This document shows positions 12,846-23,744 of a DNA stretch of 64,000 bases, one piece after another. The DNA is taken from the IMG/VR virus record IMGVR_UViG_3300036770_007495, positions 62,001 to 126,000 of that record; one strand, given 5' to 3'. The notes beneath the pieces were generated by a model. It had not been told where the DNA came from. It was given only the letters and a program-made list of their open reading frames with translations, and did no database searches. Made by a program: the position numbers and the translations under genes. Position 1 is the first letter of the stretch. Each line of letters starts with the position of its first letter.

Positions 12846-14633
12846 ATGAAAAAGCTAATTGTCCTATTTTTGAGCATTTGCACCTTAACTTTTGGTGCAA
12901 CATTAGAACAGCTTAACAACTACAGCGGCTGGATTGACTCAGTTTTAGAAAAGCAATACACTGCTGCCAAGGTAACGCCACTCAAGCGCATTGATGAAGA
13001 TACATTTGTGCGCAGAGCATATCTCACCATCATTGGCAGAAATCCAACATACGAAGAATATCAGATGTATGCCAAAGCAACTGATGCCAACAAGCGCCAA
13101 GGTTTGATTCAATTTTTAATGAATCATCCTGGACACGTTTCACACATGTTTAACTTTTGGGCTGAGTCTTTGAGACTAAGAGACAGATTATCCAACATCA
13201 ATAATTTTTCTGGTGGTCCATACATTGATTACATCAAAGACTCCATTGCTGCAAACAAACCATATACAAAGTTTGTTTCAGATTTGTTGACTGCATCAGG
13301 TTCATATTACGACAATCCTGCTACAGGCTATTTCTATCGCGATTTGGGAATGCCTTTGGACAACCTCATTGCAACTGGCAAAGTTTTCATGGGCACTGAC
13401 ATTGGATGTGCACAATGCCATGATGATCCATTCCAAGATTTCACTCAAATGCAGTTTTATAAAATGGCTGCTATGTTTAATCAAGTAGAGCTCAGGGGCC
13501 GCGGCAAAGATAAAGATCCAGCCATTGCAGCTCGTCAAAAGGCTCTAAGAGAAGAAGTAGATGCCTTGATCAAAGCTGATCCAATGAAGAATCGTGGTCT
13601 CAACAATCAGATCAACAACTTTGTTGCAGCCATGAGAGCCAATCTTGAGGTAGAGGAGAAAAGAGAATTAAAATTGCCTCACGATTATAAGTATACAGAT
13701 GCAAAGCCACTTGATACAGTTGTACCTGCAGTATTGTCAGGCAAAACAGAAATCAAGAACAAAGCTGATATGAGACAGGATGTTGTTGCATGGTTGGTGA
13801 GCCCACAGCATCCAACATTCACAAAGAACATTGTCAATAGATACTGGAAATGGGTGTTTGGTAGATACATCATTGATGACTATGACAATATTCATGATGA
13901 TGAAAAGCTCAATGGTGAGCTCATGAATGCACTTGCTAAAATCATGGTGCAGGTAAATTATGATAGCAAGCAGTTCATGTATGTGTTATTCAATACCAAG
14001 CTCTTTCAAAGAGAATTGTATGATGGAGCATACTCTAATACAGAAAGATTCATCTTCATTGGGCCTGTCAAGCAGCGTCTAACAGCCGAACAAATGTGGG
14101 ATTCAGTTGTATCCATTGCCATTGATCGCCCAGATACATTCAAGCTCAGCTTTCAAGATGAGTATGTCAAGGTGATGAGATACACCATTGAAGATCTTAC
14201 CATTGACAAACTCAAAGAAAAACAAGAAATGTATCAGAAGATTATGCGCTCCAAATACGATGCTGCTCCCAAGTATCGCAATTATCCACTTGCAAGAGCA
14301 TCTGAAGTGAATGACAACAGCCCTGTTAACACAATTCTTGAGCAGCTTGGCAGAGGCGACCGTGAGCTCATTGATACATCATCACGTGAAGGTTCTGTAA
14401 CACAAGTAATTTCATTCATGAATGGACAACTTGCTGAAGTTGCAGTAAACAAAGATACCAGCCTTGCAAAAGCCATTGCTGGCAAGTCTCCAACTGAGAC
14501 CATTGAAATTATTTTCAAGTCTGTTTTATCCAGAAAACCCACAATTGATGAGAGAAGCAAGTTCACTGGAGTGCAGGATGATGACATCATCTGGGCACTA
14601 GTCAATAGTTCTGAGTTCAAATTTAATAAATAA
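12846..14633 (+). CDS. DUF1549/DUF1553 protein with signal peptide and CxxCH
   Basis: D.TFVRRAYL.IIGR.PT; FMG..IGCAQCHD.PF; NIVNRYW; RLTAEQMWDS; WALVNSSEF. Confidence 0.9.
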   Translation: MKKLIVLFLSICTLTFGATLEQLNNYSGWIDSVLEKQYTAAKVTPLKRIDEDTFVRRAYLTIIGRNPTYEEYQMYAKATDANKRQGLIQFLMNHPGHVSHMFNFWAESLRLRDRLSNINNFSGGPYIDYIKDSIAANKPYTKFVSDLLTASGSYYDNPATGYFYRDLGMPLDNLIATGKVFMGTDIGCAQCHDDPFQDFTQMQFYKMAAMFNQVELRGRGKDKDPAIAARQKALREEVDALIKADPMKNRGLNNQINNFVAAMRANLEVEEKRELKLPHDYKYTDAKPLDTVVPAVLSGKTEIKNKADMRQDVVAWLVSPQHPTFTKNIVNRYWKWVFGRYIIDDYDNIHDDEKLNGELMNALAKIMVQVNYDSKQFMYVLFNTKLFQRELYDGAYSNTERFIFIGPVKQRLTAEQMWDSVVSIAIDRPDTFKLSFQDEYVKVMRYTIEDLTIDKLKEKQEMYQKIMRSKYDAAPKYRNYPLARASEVNDNSPVNTILEQLGRGDRELIDTSSREGSVTQVISFMNGQLAEVAVNKDTSLAKAIAGKSPTETIEIIFKSVLSRKPTIDERSKFTGVQDDDIIWALVNSSEFKFNK

Positions 14634-14637
14634 CAAC

Positions 14638-15873
14638 ATGAATACACTAACAAGACGCAACTTTGTGCTTAACCTTGCATCAGCAGGTTTAGGTGTAACC
14701 GTTCTTCCACACATTGTAGCTGCTCCAGCCAGCAAGAAAGCAGAACACATCATCTACCTCTTTATGAATGGAGGCATGAGCCATTTGGATACATTTGATC
14801 CTAAAATGGATGCTGAAGTCAAAGGTGAATTCAAATCCATCACCACAAATGCTGATTTTCAGATCTCTGAACATTTGCCTTTGATGGCCAAGCATGGTGA
14901 TAAGATGGCAGTTGTTCGTTCCATGATGGTAACAACTGGCGATCATGCTGGTGCACAATACTTGCAAAGAACATCATTCAAGAAGATTGGCACAGTTGTT
15001 CACCCCAACATGGGAGCATGGATGTGTCATTATACTGAAGATGGGAAGCCAAAAGTCATTCCACAAAACGTTTTGATTGGTGGTGGAGCTGATCACCCCG
15101 GTTCAGGGTGGATGCCTAAGAAGTATTCTCCTATTCCAGTTGCAGATCCTATGAGAGGTCTTGATAATACTAAGCTTAAGAATGCAGCAGAGTTTGCAAA
15201 GAGAGTACAAATCCTGGAAAAACTTGAAAAAGATGCAAACAAAATCATCAACCCAGCTCAAAAGTCATATGCTGAATTTTATGACCAAACAATTCGTCTT
15301 CTCAACTCAAATGAGCTTGATGTCTTTGATCTTTCCAAGGTGGATCAAGCAACAAGAGACAAATATGGCAACAATCGTTTTGGTCAAGGTGTTTGCTTGG
15401 CAAAACGCTTGATTGAAAAGGGTAATTGCAAGTTTATTGAAGTATCTGATGGTGGTTGGGATACACACGTTAATAACTTTGAATCTCTTGAGACAAAGCT
15501 CAAGGTGCTTGACCAAGCAGTTGATGCTCTTTTGCAAGACCTCAAATCATCTGGTCTTCTTGAGAAAACACTTGTTGTAATTGCAACAGACTTTGGTAGA
15601 ACACCAAACATCAACATCAACAATGGTAGAGATCATCACCCAGGTGCATTCTGCGGTGTTCTCATGGGTGCAGGCATCAAAGGCGGTCAAGCATATGGCA
15701 AGTCTGATGACAAGGGTATGAAAGCAATTGAAAACGTGGTTAGCCCAGCTGATTTCAATGCTACCATTGCTGCTGCTGCAGGATTGCCAATTGAAGATAT
15801 TGTAGTCTCACCTGATGGTAGACCATTCAAAATTGCTGATAAAGGAAAGCCTGTTACTGCTCTGCTTGCGTGA
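14638..15873 (+). CDS. DUF1501 protein with Tat signal (paralog 2)
   Basis: TRRNFV; GGMSHLDTFDPK; GWDTH; FGRTP..N..GRDHHP. Confidence 0.9.
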   Translation: MNTLTRRNFVLNLASAGLGVTVLPHIVAAPASKKAEHIIYLFMNGGMSHLDTFDPKMDAEVKGEFKSITTNADFQISEHLPLMAKHGDKMAVVRSMMVTTGDHAGAQYLQRTSFKKIGTVVHPNMGAWMCHYTEDGKPKVIPQNVLIGGGADHPGSGWMPKKYSPIPVADPMRGLDNTKLKNAAEFAKRVQILEKLEKDANKIINPAQKSYAEFYDQTIRLLNSNELDVFDLSKVDQATRDKYGNNRFGQGVCLAKRLIEKGNCKFIEVSDGGWDTHVNNFESLETKLKVLDQAVDALLQDLKSSGLLEKTLVVIATDFGRTPNININNGRDHHPGAFCGVLMGAGIKGGQAYGKSDDKGMKAIENVVSPADFNATIAAAAGLPIEDIVVSPDGRPFKIADKGKPVTALLA

Positions 15874-15891
15874 TCACGCATAAATAAGTTC

Positions 15892-17043
15892 ATGCAGAAC
15901 CAGGCTTTTCACTTTGAGATTGAAGATCTCATTACGCAATTCATTGCGGCATTTGATGATTGCGTAATCAAGAGGTTCACTGGTTCTCGTGAACAAAAAG
16001 ACCAAATCAGTGTGCGTTATGTTTATGCACCCAAGCAGCGTGTAATTTATGATATCATTAACAAAGGCAAGAATATAACATTGCCGGTTGTGAGCATCAG
16101 CATTTCGCAAATTGCAAGAGATTCATCCAGAGTGTTCAACAAGCTTGATGGATTTTATTATCCTGCTGCTAACACCGACAATGAATATGCTGCTTTTTCT
16201 AATCAGGTTTATTCACCGGTTCCTGTCAACATAACTGTCAACATGAGCATCATTGGCAAGTATCAGACAGACATTGAACAAATCTTATCCAATTTTGCCG
16301 CATATACAAATCCATATTTGGTCATAAGCTGGAAAATTCCTGCGGCTTATAATCTCACAAAGACATATGAGATTAGAACTGAAGTCGATTGGAGCGGATC
16401 CATTGCACTCAATTATCCTGGTGATCAGACACCAGCAGATTCTTACAGAGTAACTGCTGATACAAGCTTTACAATCAAAGGGTGGCTGTTTCCACAAGCA
16501 CCATCAAGTTCTGTTAAAAACATCTTTTTCATTGATGCTAATTTTTATGCAACAAATCAGTTGTCAGGCAATCCCTACAAGATGCTTTATTCCACTCTGG
16601 AAGACTATGCAACACTGAGTGCATCCAATTTGGCAGGCTTTACCGAGACCATTAACATATCTGCAGCACCAGCAATTACTAACATTTATTATGCAACCAA
16701 TGTTGGCATTGGTGAGCAAGTGTTCTCCAGTCTCACCATCAATGCATTCAATTCTGGTGGAACCATAACATTGTTTGGTAAAAGATTTCAATACACTACA
16801 GCAGTTGCACTTTGCAGCAACAATGCAACTCTTTACAAAGGTCTCACATCATTTGCATTTGCGTATTATCCAACTATTTCATGCATACCCATTGAAACAT
16901 ACAATGTTTTGAATGAAAACACAATGACCATCACATTGCCTGCTTTGACTGCATCAGGCAACTTTAACATTGTAGTACTCAATGAGGCAGGCTATGACAC
17001 AACATACAGCGCTAATCAAGGTGTTTTTACCAATGTGGTGTAG
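15892..17043 (+). CDS. gp15: tail sheath stabiliser/terminator with C-terminal extension
   Basis: FIAAFDD..IKR, V.Y.YAPKQ, LP..S, PVPVNI, QIL, FTIKGWLF. Confidence 0.75.
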   Translation: MQNQAFHFEIEDLITQFIAAFDDCVIKRFTGSREQKDQISVRYVYAPKQRVIYDIINKGKNITLPVVSISISQIARDSSRVFNKLDGFYYPAANTDNEYAAFSNQVYSPVPVNITVNMSIIGKYQTDIEQILSNFAAYTNPYLVISWKIPAAYNLTKTYEIRTEVDWSGSIALNYPGDQTPADSYRVTADTSFTIKGWLFPQAPSSSVKNIFFIDANFYATNQLSGNPYKMLYSTLEDYATLSASNLAGFTETINISAAPAITNIYYATNVGIGEQVFSSLTINAFNSGGTITLFGKRFQYTTAVALCSNNATLYKGLTSFAFAYYPTISCIPIETYNVLNENTMTITLPALTASGNFNIVVLNEAGYDTTYSANQGVFTNVV

Positions 17044-17074
17044 CTGTTTAAGCAATGACAACTAAATAACTAGA

Positions 17075-18874
17075 ATGGACTCTTCTTATAGCAATCAGGC
17101 AAATGTGCAGCAAACTTTTGGTAGGCAGTTGATGACCTACATTTCTTCCAAGCTGCCATACTCTGGATTCAACATTTTGGATTTCACAGAAAGAGAAAAT
17201 CCAAAATTCAAGACATTTGAGGAGACAGGCATCCGCAGAAATGAAGCACTAGCAAGAAACTCCATTTCACAATCCAACCTTTTCTCTACAGGGTATGGTG
17301 AGTTTCGTGACATTGGATTTGGTGATCTCATGTATGCAAACATGCAGAACGACAAAGGTGCACGTTTGCAGGATTACAGAGTCATGGCTGCTTTTGCAGA
17401 AGTATCCAATGCTCTTGATGAAATTTGTGATGAGATGATCAACAGAGATGCACAGAATCATGTTGTGAATGTGAAGCTCAAAAACTTTACAATGGATGCT
17501 GTGGATCTAGAACAGCTGCAGCTTGAGTTTCAGAAGTACGTTGAGTTCTTTGATTTGGAAAACAAAGGCTGGACATATTTTAGAGATTTGTTGGTTGAAG
17601 GTGAGTTGTATTTTGAACACATCATTCACAAAAAGTATTCTGATCAAGGCGTTTTGGGTGTAATTAGAATGCCTACTGAACTTGTTGATCCTGTTTACAA
17701 CAACATTCAAAACATGATTGTCAAAGGTTATCTTTACAGAAAGCCTGTTTTTGATGCTGTCAATCCCAAAAAGAAAATTGAAGAGAAGATGATTCCAATG
17801 CAAGAGAATCAGGTTGTTTACATCAACAGCGGTATTTGGAATCAAAACAAAACAGTGCGCCTGCCTTTCATTGAAAATGCTCGTCGTGCTTATCGTCAAT
17901 TGTCACTCATTGAAGATGCCATTGTCATTTACCGATTGGTGCGTGCACCAGAGCGTCTCATCTTCAACGTTGATGTTGGCAACATGGCACCACCCAAAGC
18001 AGAAGCATTTTTGCGCAAGCTCATGAATCAATACTGGAGCAGCAAAACATTTGATGTAGATCAGAATGATGTTGTTCGCAAGTTTAATCCTCAAAGCATG
18101 CTAGACAGCTTTTGGTTTGCCAAGCGTCAAGGTTCAGAAGGCACAAGCGTACAACAGCTGCCAGGTGGCCAAAATCTTGGTGAGTTGACAGACTTGATGT
18201 ACTTTGTCAAGAAATTGTATGAGGCACTCAAAGTGCCTGTCAACCGTTTGGATCCCCAATCACAGATTTCAGATGGCAGCACAGTATTGCGTGAAGAATT
18301 AAAGTTTGCTCGCTTCATCATCAGAATGCAACAGATGTTTGCATCTGGCATCAAAAAGGGCTTCATTACACATTTGCACCTCAAAGGACTTTGGGACAAA
18401 TGGAAGCTCAAAGATTATTACCTTGATGTAGAATTCAACCCACCGACCAACTATTATGAATTGCGCCAGAGTCAGCGATTGGAAGCCAAGGTGGGCAACT
18501 TCAACAATCTTGCATCCAATCCAACCATTTCTCAAACTTACTTGCAGCGTAAAATTCTTGGCTGGAGTGACATTGATGTCAAGGCTAATAGAGAGTACTT
18601 GCGTGCTGACAAGGAGCTTGAATGGGAGCTCAATCAAATCACCAACTCAGGCCCATATTGGAAGCTCATGATGGGTGGTGCGGTAGGTGGTGCAGAAGCT
18701 GGCGGCGCACCTCCAGGAGGAGGCGGCGGTGGTGGAGCTGGTCCAGGTGGAATGCCACCAGCATTTGCAGGAGGCCCTGCAGCACTTGAGACACCACCAG
18801 AAGCAGAAGCTCCACCTGAAGCTGGTGCACCAGAAGCTGCACAAGCTGCCCCTGCACCTGAAGCAGGCGCATAA
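17075..18874 (+). CDS. gp20: portal protein
   Basis: QLSLIEDAIVIYRLVRAPERLIFNVDVGNM..KAE; LPGGQNLGE; REELKF. Confidence 0.95.
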   Translation: MDSSYSNQANVQQTFGRQLMTYISSKLPYSGFNILDFTERENPKFKTFEETGIRRNEALARNSISQSNLFSTGYGEFRDIGFGDLMYANMQNDKGARLQDYRVMAAFAEVSNALDEICDEMINRDAQNHVVNVKLKNFTMDAVDLEQLQLEFQKYVEFFDLENKGWTYFRDLLVEGELYFEHIIHKKYSDQGVLGVIRMPTELVDPVYNNIQNMIVKGYLYRKPVFDAVNPKKKIEEKMIPMQENQVVYINSGIWNQNKTVRLPFIENARRAYRQLSLIEDAIVIYRLVRAPERLIFNVDVGNMAPPKAEAFLRKLMNQYWSSKTFDVDQNDVVRKFNPQSMLDSFWFAKRQGSEGTSVQQLPGGQNLGELTDLMYFVKKLYEALKVPVNRLDPQSQISDGSTVLREELKFARFIIRMQQMFASGIKKGFITHLHLKGLWDKWKLKDYYLDVEFNPPTNYYELRQSQRLEAKVGNFNNLASNPTISQTYLQRKILGWSDIDVKANREYLRADKELEWELNQITNSGPYWKLMMGGAVGGAEAGGAPPGGGGGGGAGPGGMPPAFAGGPAALETPPEAEAPPEAGAPEAAQAAPAPEAGA

Positions 18875-18887
18875 ATAAGATAGTATT

Positions 18888-20060
18888 ATGGCATGTACAA
18901 TCACACCCGTTTCTGCGTTTCAATCAACAAATCTAAACAGCAGAATTGATTCTTTCTGCAGATTGGCAGATAGAATTGTGCGATCTCTGGGTGCTCCACT
19001 CATTACCATTGAAGTACATCAAGATCAAATCTTTGAAAACATCAGCATTGCGTGTGAGTTGTTTACTAGATATGCAGGCTATACTCAAGAGTATTTGATC
19101 TTTGATTCCAATTTGTATGAGAAAAACAAAGGCATTCGCTTGGATGTTTTGTTTACACTTTCCAATGCTAACTTGACTTTGGATCGCAAGCTGCAATCAC
19201 AAACAACATCCAGATCCACTTCACCATATCTCTCACCACCACCTGCTGAATATGTTTGTGTGAGTGCTATACCTGTTTCTTACTTTGCACAGATTCCAAA
19301 TTTGTCAGCAAACTTTACTACGCAAGGCTTGTTTGAGTTTCAATTGCTCGATGACCAAACATACACCAATGTTTTGACATCATTTCAAACAACACTCAAC
19401 ATCTCTCTGTCAGATGCTTTCAAGCAAACACAGCGCACCAACAACAATCTCACCATCAATGGTAGTTGTGCAACAACTGCTGCGGAGCAATACAACAACA
19501 TGTTTGATTATGATGTGATGGATTACCGCAAAGTCATGTCTGTAACTGACTTTGAAGAGGGCAGCACAACTGGCATCAACACATTGTTTACCATTGAGCA
19601 GACTCTTGCTCAGCAAACATACTTCTCATATGCCATGGGCAATTACGGCTTTGATCTTGTATCATGGTACACTCTCAAAAATTGGCTTGACACAAGAGAA
19701 AAGATGCTTGCAACCAAGCGTGAAATGAAATTTGATGACCGCACACAATACATGGTCATGTATCCACAACCAAATGCCAACAGCAGATTCTATGGTGTAA
19801 TTTCTGCATATGTGGAAAGACCTCTGCGTGATGTTATCAAAGAGTTCTGGGTGTATGAGTATGCTCTTGCACTTACAAAAATCTCTGTGGGTTATGTTCG
19901 CGGCAAGTATGGTCAATTGCCTTTGTTTGGTGGTCAGGTGTTCTCTTCTGACATGATGACACAAGGCATTGAAGAGAAAAAGCGTCTTGAAGAGCAGCTG
20001 TTTACCGGTTCTGCTCCAGGCATGGGTGCTGCAGAACCGGTTATGTTCTTGGTTGGATAA
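18888..20060 (+). CDS. gp13: neck protein
   Basis: RSLGAPLITIEV..DQ; WV.EYALAL.K; GKY..LP..GG. Confidence 0.8.
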   Translation: MACTITPVSAFQSTNLNSRIDSFCRLADRIVRSLGAPLITIEVHQDQIFENISIACELFTRYAGYTQEYLIFDSNLYEKNKGIRLDVLFTLSNANLTLDRKLQSQTTSRSTSPYLSPPPAEYVCVSAIPVSYFAQIPNLSANFTTQGLFEFQLLDDQTYTNVLTSFQTTLNISLSDAFKQTQRTNNNLTINGSCATTAAEQYNNMFDYDVMDYRKVMSVTDFEEGSTTGINTLFTIEQTLAQQTYFSYAMGNYGFDLVSWYTLKNWLDTREKMLATKREMKFDDRTQYMVMYPQPNANSRFYGVISAYVERPLRDVIKEFWVYEYALALTKISVGYVRGKYGQLPLFGGQVFSSDMMTQGIEEKKRLEEQLFTGSAPGMGAAEPVMFLVG

Positions 20061-20133
20061 TAAAAATGTACAAAAATATGTGTATTGCTGCACATAAAAC
20101 ATAGATTTTAATCAAGCTTACATAAATACGAAT

Positions 20134-20799
20134 ATGGCGTTTAAACTGCTAGTCGAAAAACCTGCACCTCAAGAAGAATTTGAGTACATCGTTGAAGAGA
20201 AGGACCGCACAGCTCCTGCAACACTCTTCATCAAGGGTCCATACATGATGGCCAATGGAGTCAATAGAAACAAGCGCATGTATCCGCTTGAAGAGATGAC
20301 ACGCGAAGTTTCTCGTTATACAGATGAAATGATCAAGACTGGCCGCGCCATGGGCGAACTCAATCACCCCACAACAGCAGATGTTGACTTGGAGCGTGCA
20401 TGCCACATTGTAACTGATTTGTGGCAAGAAGGCAATGTATTTTATGGCAAGAGCAAAGTTCTCTCAACACCTTGCGGTTTGATTGTTCGTGCTCTTGTTA
20501 ATGATGGTGTCAAAGTTGGCATGAGTTCAAGAGCTCTTGGTCAGCTTGTTTCTGAAAACAATGGTACATCCGTTGTTAAAGAAATGAGACTTGTTGCCAT
20601 TGACTGCGTTGCTGACCCTTCATTTCCAAAGGCATTTGTGAATGGTATTTTGGAAAGCAAGCAATGGGTGCTTGCCAATGATGGCAAGTATCAAGAAGCA
20701 TATGATCGCTTTGAAAAAGGCATTTCAACACTTCCCAAGAAAAATTTAGATGTATTCTTGCGCGAACACATCATTAAATTCATCAACTTGATTAAATAA
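20134..20799 (+). CDS. gp21: prohead core protease
   Basis: NRNKRMYP, GELNHP, GMSSRALG, D.VADPS..AFVNGI.E. Confidence 0.95.
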   Translation: MAFKLLVEKPAPQEEFEYIVEEKDRTAPATLFIKGPYMMANGVNRNKRMYPLEEMTREVSRYTDEMIKTGRAMGELNHPTTADVDLERACHIVTDLWQEGNVFYGKSKVLSTPCGLIVRALVNDGVKVGMSSRALGQLVSENNGTSVVKEMRLVAIDCVADPSFPKAFVNGILESKQWVLANDGKYQEAYDRFEKGISTLPKKNLDVFLREHIIKFINLIK

Positions 20800-20808
20800 C
20801 TATAGATT

Positions 20809-20955
20809 ATGCGCAACAAACAGCACATCATTAAATTTATTAGCGCCTTGAATGGGAAAAATTACCATGAGGCTAATAAATATCTTCAGGCAGTAGTCGA
20901 AAGCAAAGTGAAAGCCAAGATTGCAGCTGCTGTTAAAACAACCAAGCTTTTCTGA
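20809..20955 (+). CDS. small prohead-core protein candidate (48 aa, absent from ORF track)
   Basis: MRNKQHIIKFISALNGKNYHEANKYLQ...; position between gp21 and gp22. Confidence 0.6.
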   Translation: MRNKQHIIKFISALNGKNYHEANKYLQAVVESKVKAKIAAAVKTTKLF

Positions 20956-20956
20956 T

Positions 20957-21841
20957 ATGACAGGTACTAACACCAACTTTGTAGATGTAATTAAGGAAGC
21001 CACAGAAGGCATTCTTTCAGAGGATTCTTTGGTAGCAATCCAAGAAGCTTTCAACCAAGCAGTTGAACAAAAAACAACTGTGAACGTCGAAGCTGCACTT
21101 GTCAAGCAAGATGCAGAATATGCAGACAAGCTCAAGTCATTGCTTGAAGCAATTGACAAAGATCACACAGGCAAGCTTGTTAAACTTGCTGAAGCAATTG
21201 ACACCAACAACGCTGTAAAGCTCAACAAGGTGGTCAAGAAGTACAAAACAGCTCTTGCAAATGAAGCAAAGCAATTCAAGAACAATCTTGTTGGATCCAT
21301 CAGCAAGTATCTTGAAGTTTATTTGGAACAAGCTGTCCCACAACAATTTATCAACGAAGCTGTACTTGAACGCAAGGCACAGCACGTATTAGACAATCTC
21401 CGCCAGCACCTTGCTGTTGATTCTGCTCTCATGAGAGAGTCAGTTCGCACAGCAGTAGTGGATGGCAAGAAACAAATTGATGAAGCTCAACAAGAGCTTG
21501 AGAAAGCACAACAGCGCGCAAAGATGCTGGAAGAGAAGCTTAACAAGGCACAGGCAGATCTTGTGCTTGCTGAGAAGACTTCTACACTTCCAAGCAAGAA
21601 GCGTGATTACGTGAAGCGCGTACTTGATGGCAAGTCTGCAAAATTCATTGCAGAAAACATCGATTACACCATTAATCTGTTCGATAAGACAGAGCGTGAT
21701 CAAGTTGACTTTCTCAGAGAACAAGCAATGCAAGACGTTGTCGCAACAGATGACGTTCCTGTTGATCAAGTGGTTGAGGAATCAACACATGAATCTTCAA
21801 CAGTGAGCAGTGCTTATCTCACAGAACTTTCCAAGTACTAA
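20957..21841 (+). CDS. gp22: prohead scaffold protein
   Basis: acidic coiled-coil between protease and MCP. Confidence 0.8.
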   Translation: MTGTNTNFVDVIKEATEGILSEDSLVAIQEAFNQAVEQKTTVNVEAALVKQDAEYADKLKSLLEAIDKDHTGKLVKLAEAIDTNNAVKLNKVVKKYKTALANEAKQFKNNLVGSISKYLEVYLEQAVPQQFINEAVLERKAQHVLDNLRQHLAVDSALMRESVRTAVVDGKKQIDEAQQELEKAQQRAKMLEEKLNKAQADLVLAEKTSTLPSKKRDYVKRVLDGKSAKFIAENIDYTINLFDKTERDQVDFLREQAMQDVVATDDVPVDQVVEESTHESSTVSSAYLTELSKY

Positions 21842-21911
21842 ATAGTACAACTGGAATCATAAAATGAGGTATAAAAATACCTGAGATCGAGATTAAGAAA
21901 AAGGAAAATCT

Positions 21912-23387
21912 ATGAACAGAATCAAACCTACACAGGCTTATATCGATCAAAATCGTGCTAAGATGCTTCTCGAGAAGTGGGGTCCAGTATTGGATTACTC
22001 TTCCAAGAACGTCGCAGCAATCGAAAACGAGCACACTCGCCTCAACACAGCTATGCTCTTGGAAAACCAAGAAGCATGGTGCTTGAACGAGTCTGGCAAC
22101 CTTGCTGGTCAGGGTGGCTCATTCGGCAGCGCTGCAGGTGGTCAGTATAGCCCACCTGTTGGTATCTCCTCTGGCGATACCTACGCTCCTAATGACTCTC
22201 GTCTTCCAAAGATTTTGATTCCGATGATTCGTCGTACATTCCCTGAACTTATCAGTAACGAGATTTGCGGTGTTCAGCCAATGAGCGGCCCTGTTGGTCT
22301 TGCATTTGCTCTTCGCTACAAGTATAGCAACACTACACTTGGCGGTGGCAACTACATTGACAACGGTGCGTCCTCTCAGTCCCCTGGCTGGCACACACAG
22401 CAGAACATCAGCTACGGCTCCGGCAACGGTCAGAATGAATTGGGATACCAGTTCATTGACACCCGCTTCACCGGTACCTCCGCTACTGTTCTGTCCGGCA
22501 ATGGCTACTGGACTTTCGCTGACCAAGACCGCGGTGTCGCTGAAATTTTGAAGAACTTCGAAATCAACAGCAACATCCCAACAGTCGAAGTTAGCTTTGA
22601 AAAGACAGCAGTTGAAGCTGGTACTCGCCGTCTTGGCGCTCGCTGGTCAGTTGAGTTGGAGCAGGATCTGAAGAACATGAACGGTATCGACATTGATGCT
22701 GAGATTACAAATGCTATGGCATATGAAATCCAGGCAGAAATCGACCGTGAAATGATCATTCGCATGATCCAGACCGCACTCAATCAGCCACTTGGCGTCG
22801 GCTATTCTGTATGGAGCCCAGCTTCTGCAGACGGCCGCTGGATGGTGGAACGCAACCGTGACTTCTATCAGAGACTCATCATCGAAGCAAACCGCATCGC
22901 CGTACGTAACCGTCGTGGTGCAGCTAACTTCATCGTTGCAACACCTCGTGTGTGCGCAATCCTTGAAATGCTTCCTGAGTTTCAGTGGGTTCCTGTCCAA
23001 GGCAACGTAAACACCCAGCCAACTGGGGTTGCTAAGGTCGGCTCCCTTGGTGGAAGATTCAATGTGTACCGCGATACACGTACTGAAGTGCAGAACAGCA
23101 ATGTCTATGGTAACAACGGTTATACCGGTCAGACCTCAGGCGTTGAATATGCACTACTTGGTTACAAAGGCAGCGAATTTTATGACACTGGTATCATCTA
23201 TTGTCCGTACATTCCTGTCATGGTGCAGCGTACCATTGGTCCAAACGACTTCGCTCCACGCGTAGGCTTGCTTACACGTTACGGCGTTGTTGACAACATC
23301 TTTGGTGCTAACCTGTACTACCATGTAATCATTGTTCAGGGTCTTGGAGTGGCGTTTACGCCAGCTTCCCAGACAGTGTACTTCTGA
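21912..23387 (+). CDS. gp23: major capsid protein
   Basis: GVQPMSGPVGLAFALR; WSVELEQDL; EIDRE; YCPYIP; TRYG. Confidence 0.97.
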   Translation: MNRIKPTQAYIDQNRAKMLLEKWGPVLDYSSKNVAAIENEHTRLNTAMLLENQEAWCLNESGNLAGQGGSFGSAAGGQYSPPVGISSGDTYAPNDSRLPKILIPMIRRTFPELISNEICGVQPMSGPVGLAFALRYKYSNTTLGGGNYIDNGASSQSPGWHTQQNISYGSGNGQNELGYQFIDTRFTGTSATVLSGNGYWTFADQDRGVAEILKNFEINSNIPTVEVSFEKTAVEAGTRRLGARWSVELEQDLKNMNGIDIDAEITNAMAYEIQAEIDREMIIRMIQTALNQPLGVGYSVWSPASADGRWMVERNRDFYQRLIIEANRIAVRNRRGAANFIVATPRVCAILEMLPEFQWVPVQGNVNTQPTGVAKVGSLGGRFNVYRDTRTEVQNSNVYGNNGYTGQTSGVEYALLGYKGSEFYDTGIIYCPYIPVMVQRTIGPNDFAPRVGLLTRYGVVDNIFGANLYYHVIIVQGLGVAFTPASQTVYF

Positions 23388-23412
23388 TAACGGAAGAAAA
23401 AAGGTCAACTTG

Positions 23413-23446
23413 GCGCTGGAGGATTGCTACTCCAGCGCTTTTTTTT
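23413..23446 (+). terminator. intrinsic terminator after gp23
   Basis: gcgctgga/tccagcgc + T8. Confidence 0.85.
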
Positions 23447-23460
23447 GTATAAATAACATC

Positions 23461-23742
23461 ATGACAACTGAATTTGACGCACTATTTGAACACCTGTTGA
23501 CAGAAGCTAAAAAGGGTGCACGATGCACCAAAGTAACAGGGCAGCAATCATCAACACGCAGCGATAAGAAATACATGCGTTGTGCAAGAGTAGATGGCAA
23601 GCTCAAACGTATTCACTATGGTGATCCAAATTTGAGAATCAAGAAGTCTAATCCCAAGAAGCGCAAGTCATTCAGAGCACGACACAAGTGCTCAAGCGCC
23701 AAGCCAGGCACAGCAAAATACTACAGCTGTAAAAATTGGTAA
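23461..23742 (+). CDS. small basic late protein
   Basis: TATAAATA 5 nt upstream; HYGDPNLRIK..RKSFRARHKC motif common in large phages. Confidence 0.75.
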   Translation: MTTEFDALFEHLLTEAKKGARCTKVTGQQSSTRSDKKYMRCARVDGKLKRIHYGDPNLRIKKSNPKKRKSFRARHKCSSAKPGTAKYYSCKNW

Positions 23743-23744
23743 AT

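Noticed and set aside
18670-18874. GC-rich portal tail as an insertion
   Set aside because: In-frame Gly/Pro/Ala/Glu low-complexity tail, common in large myovirus portals.
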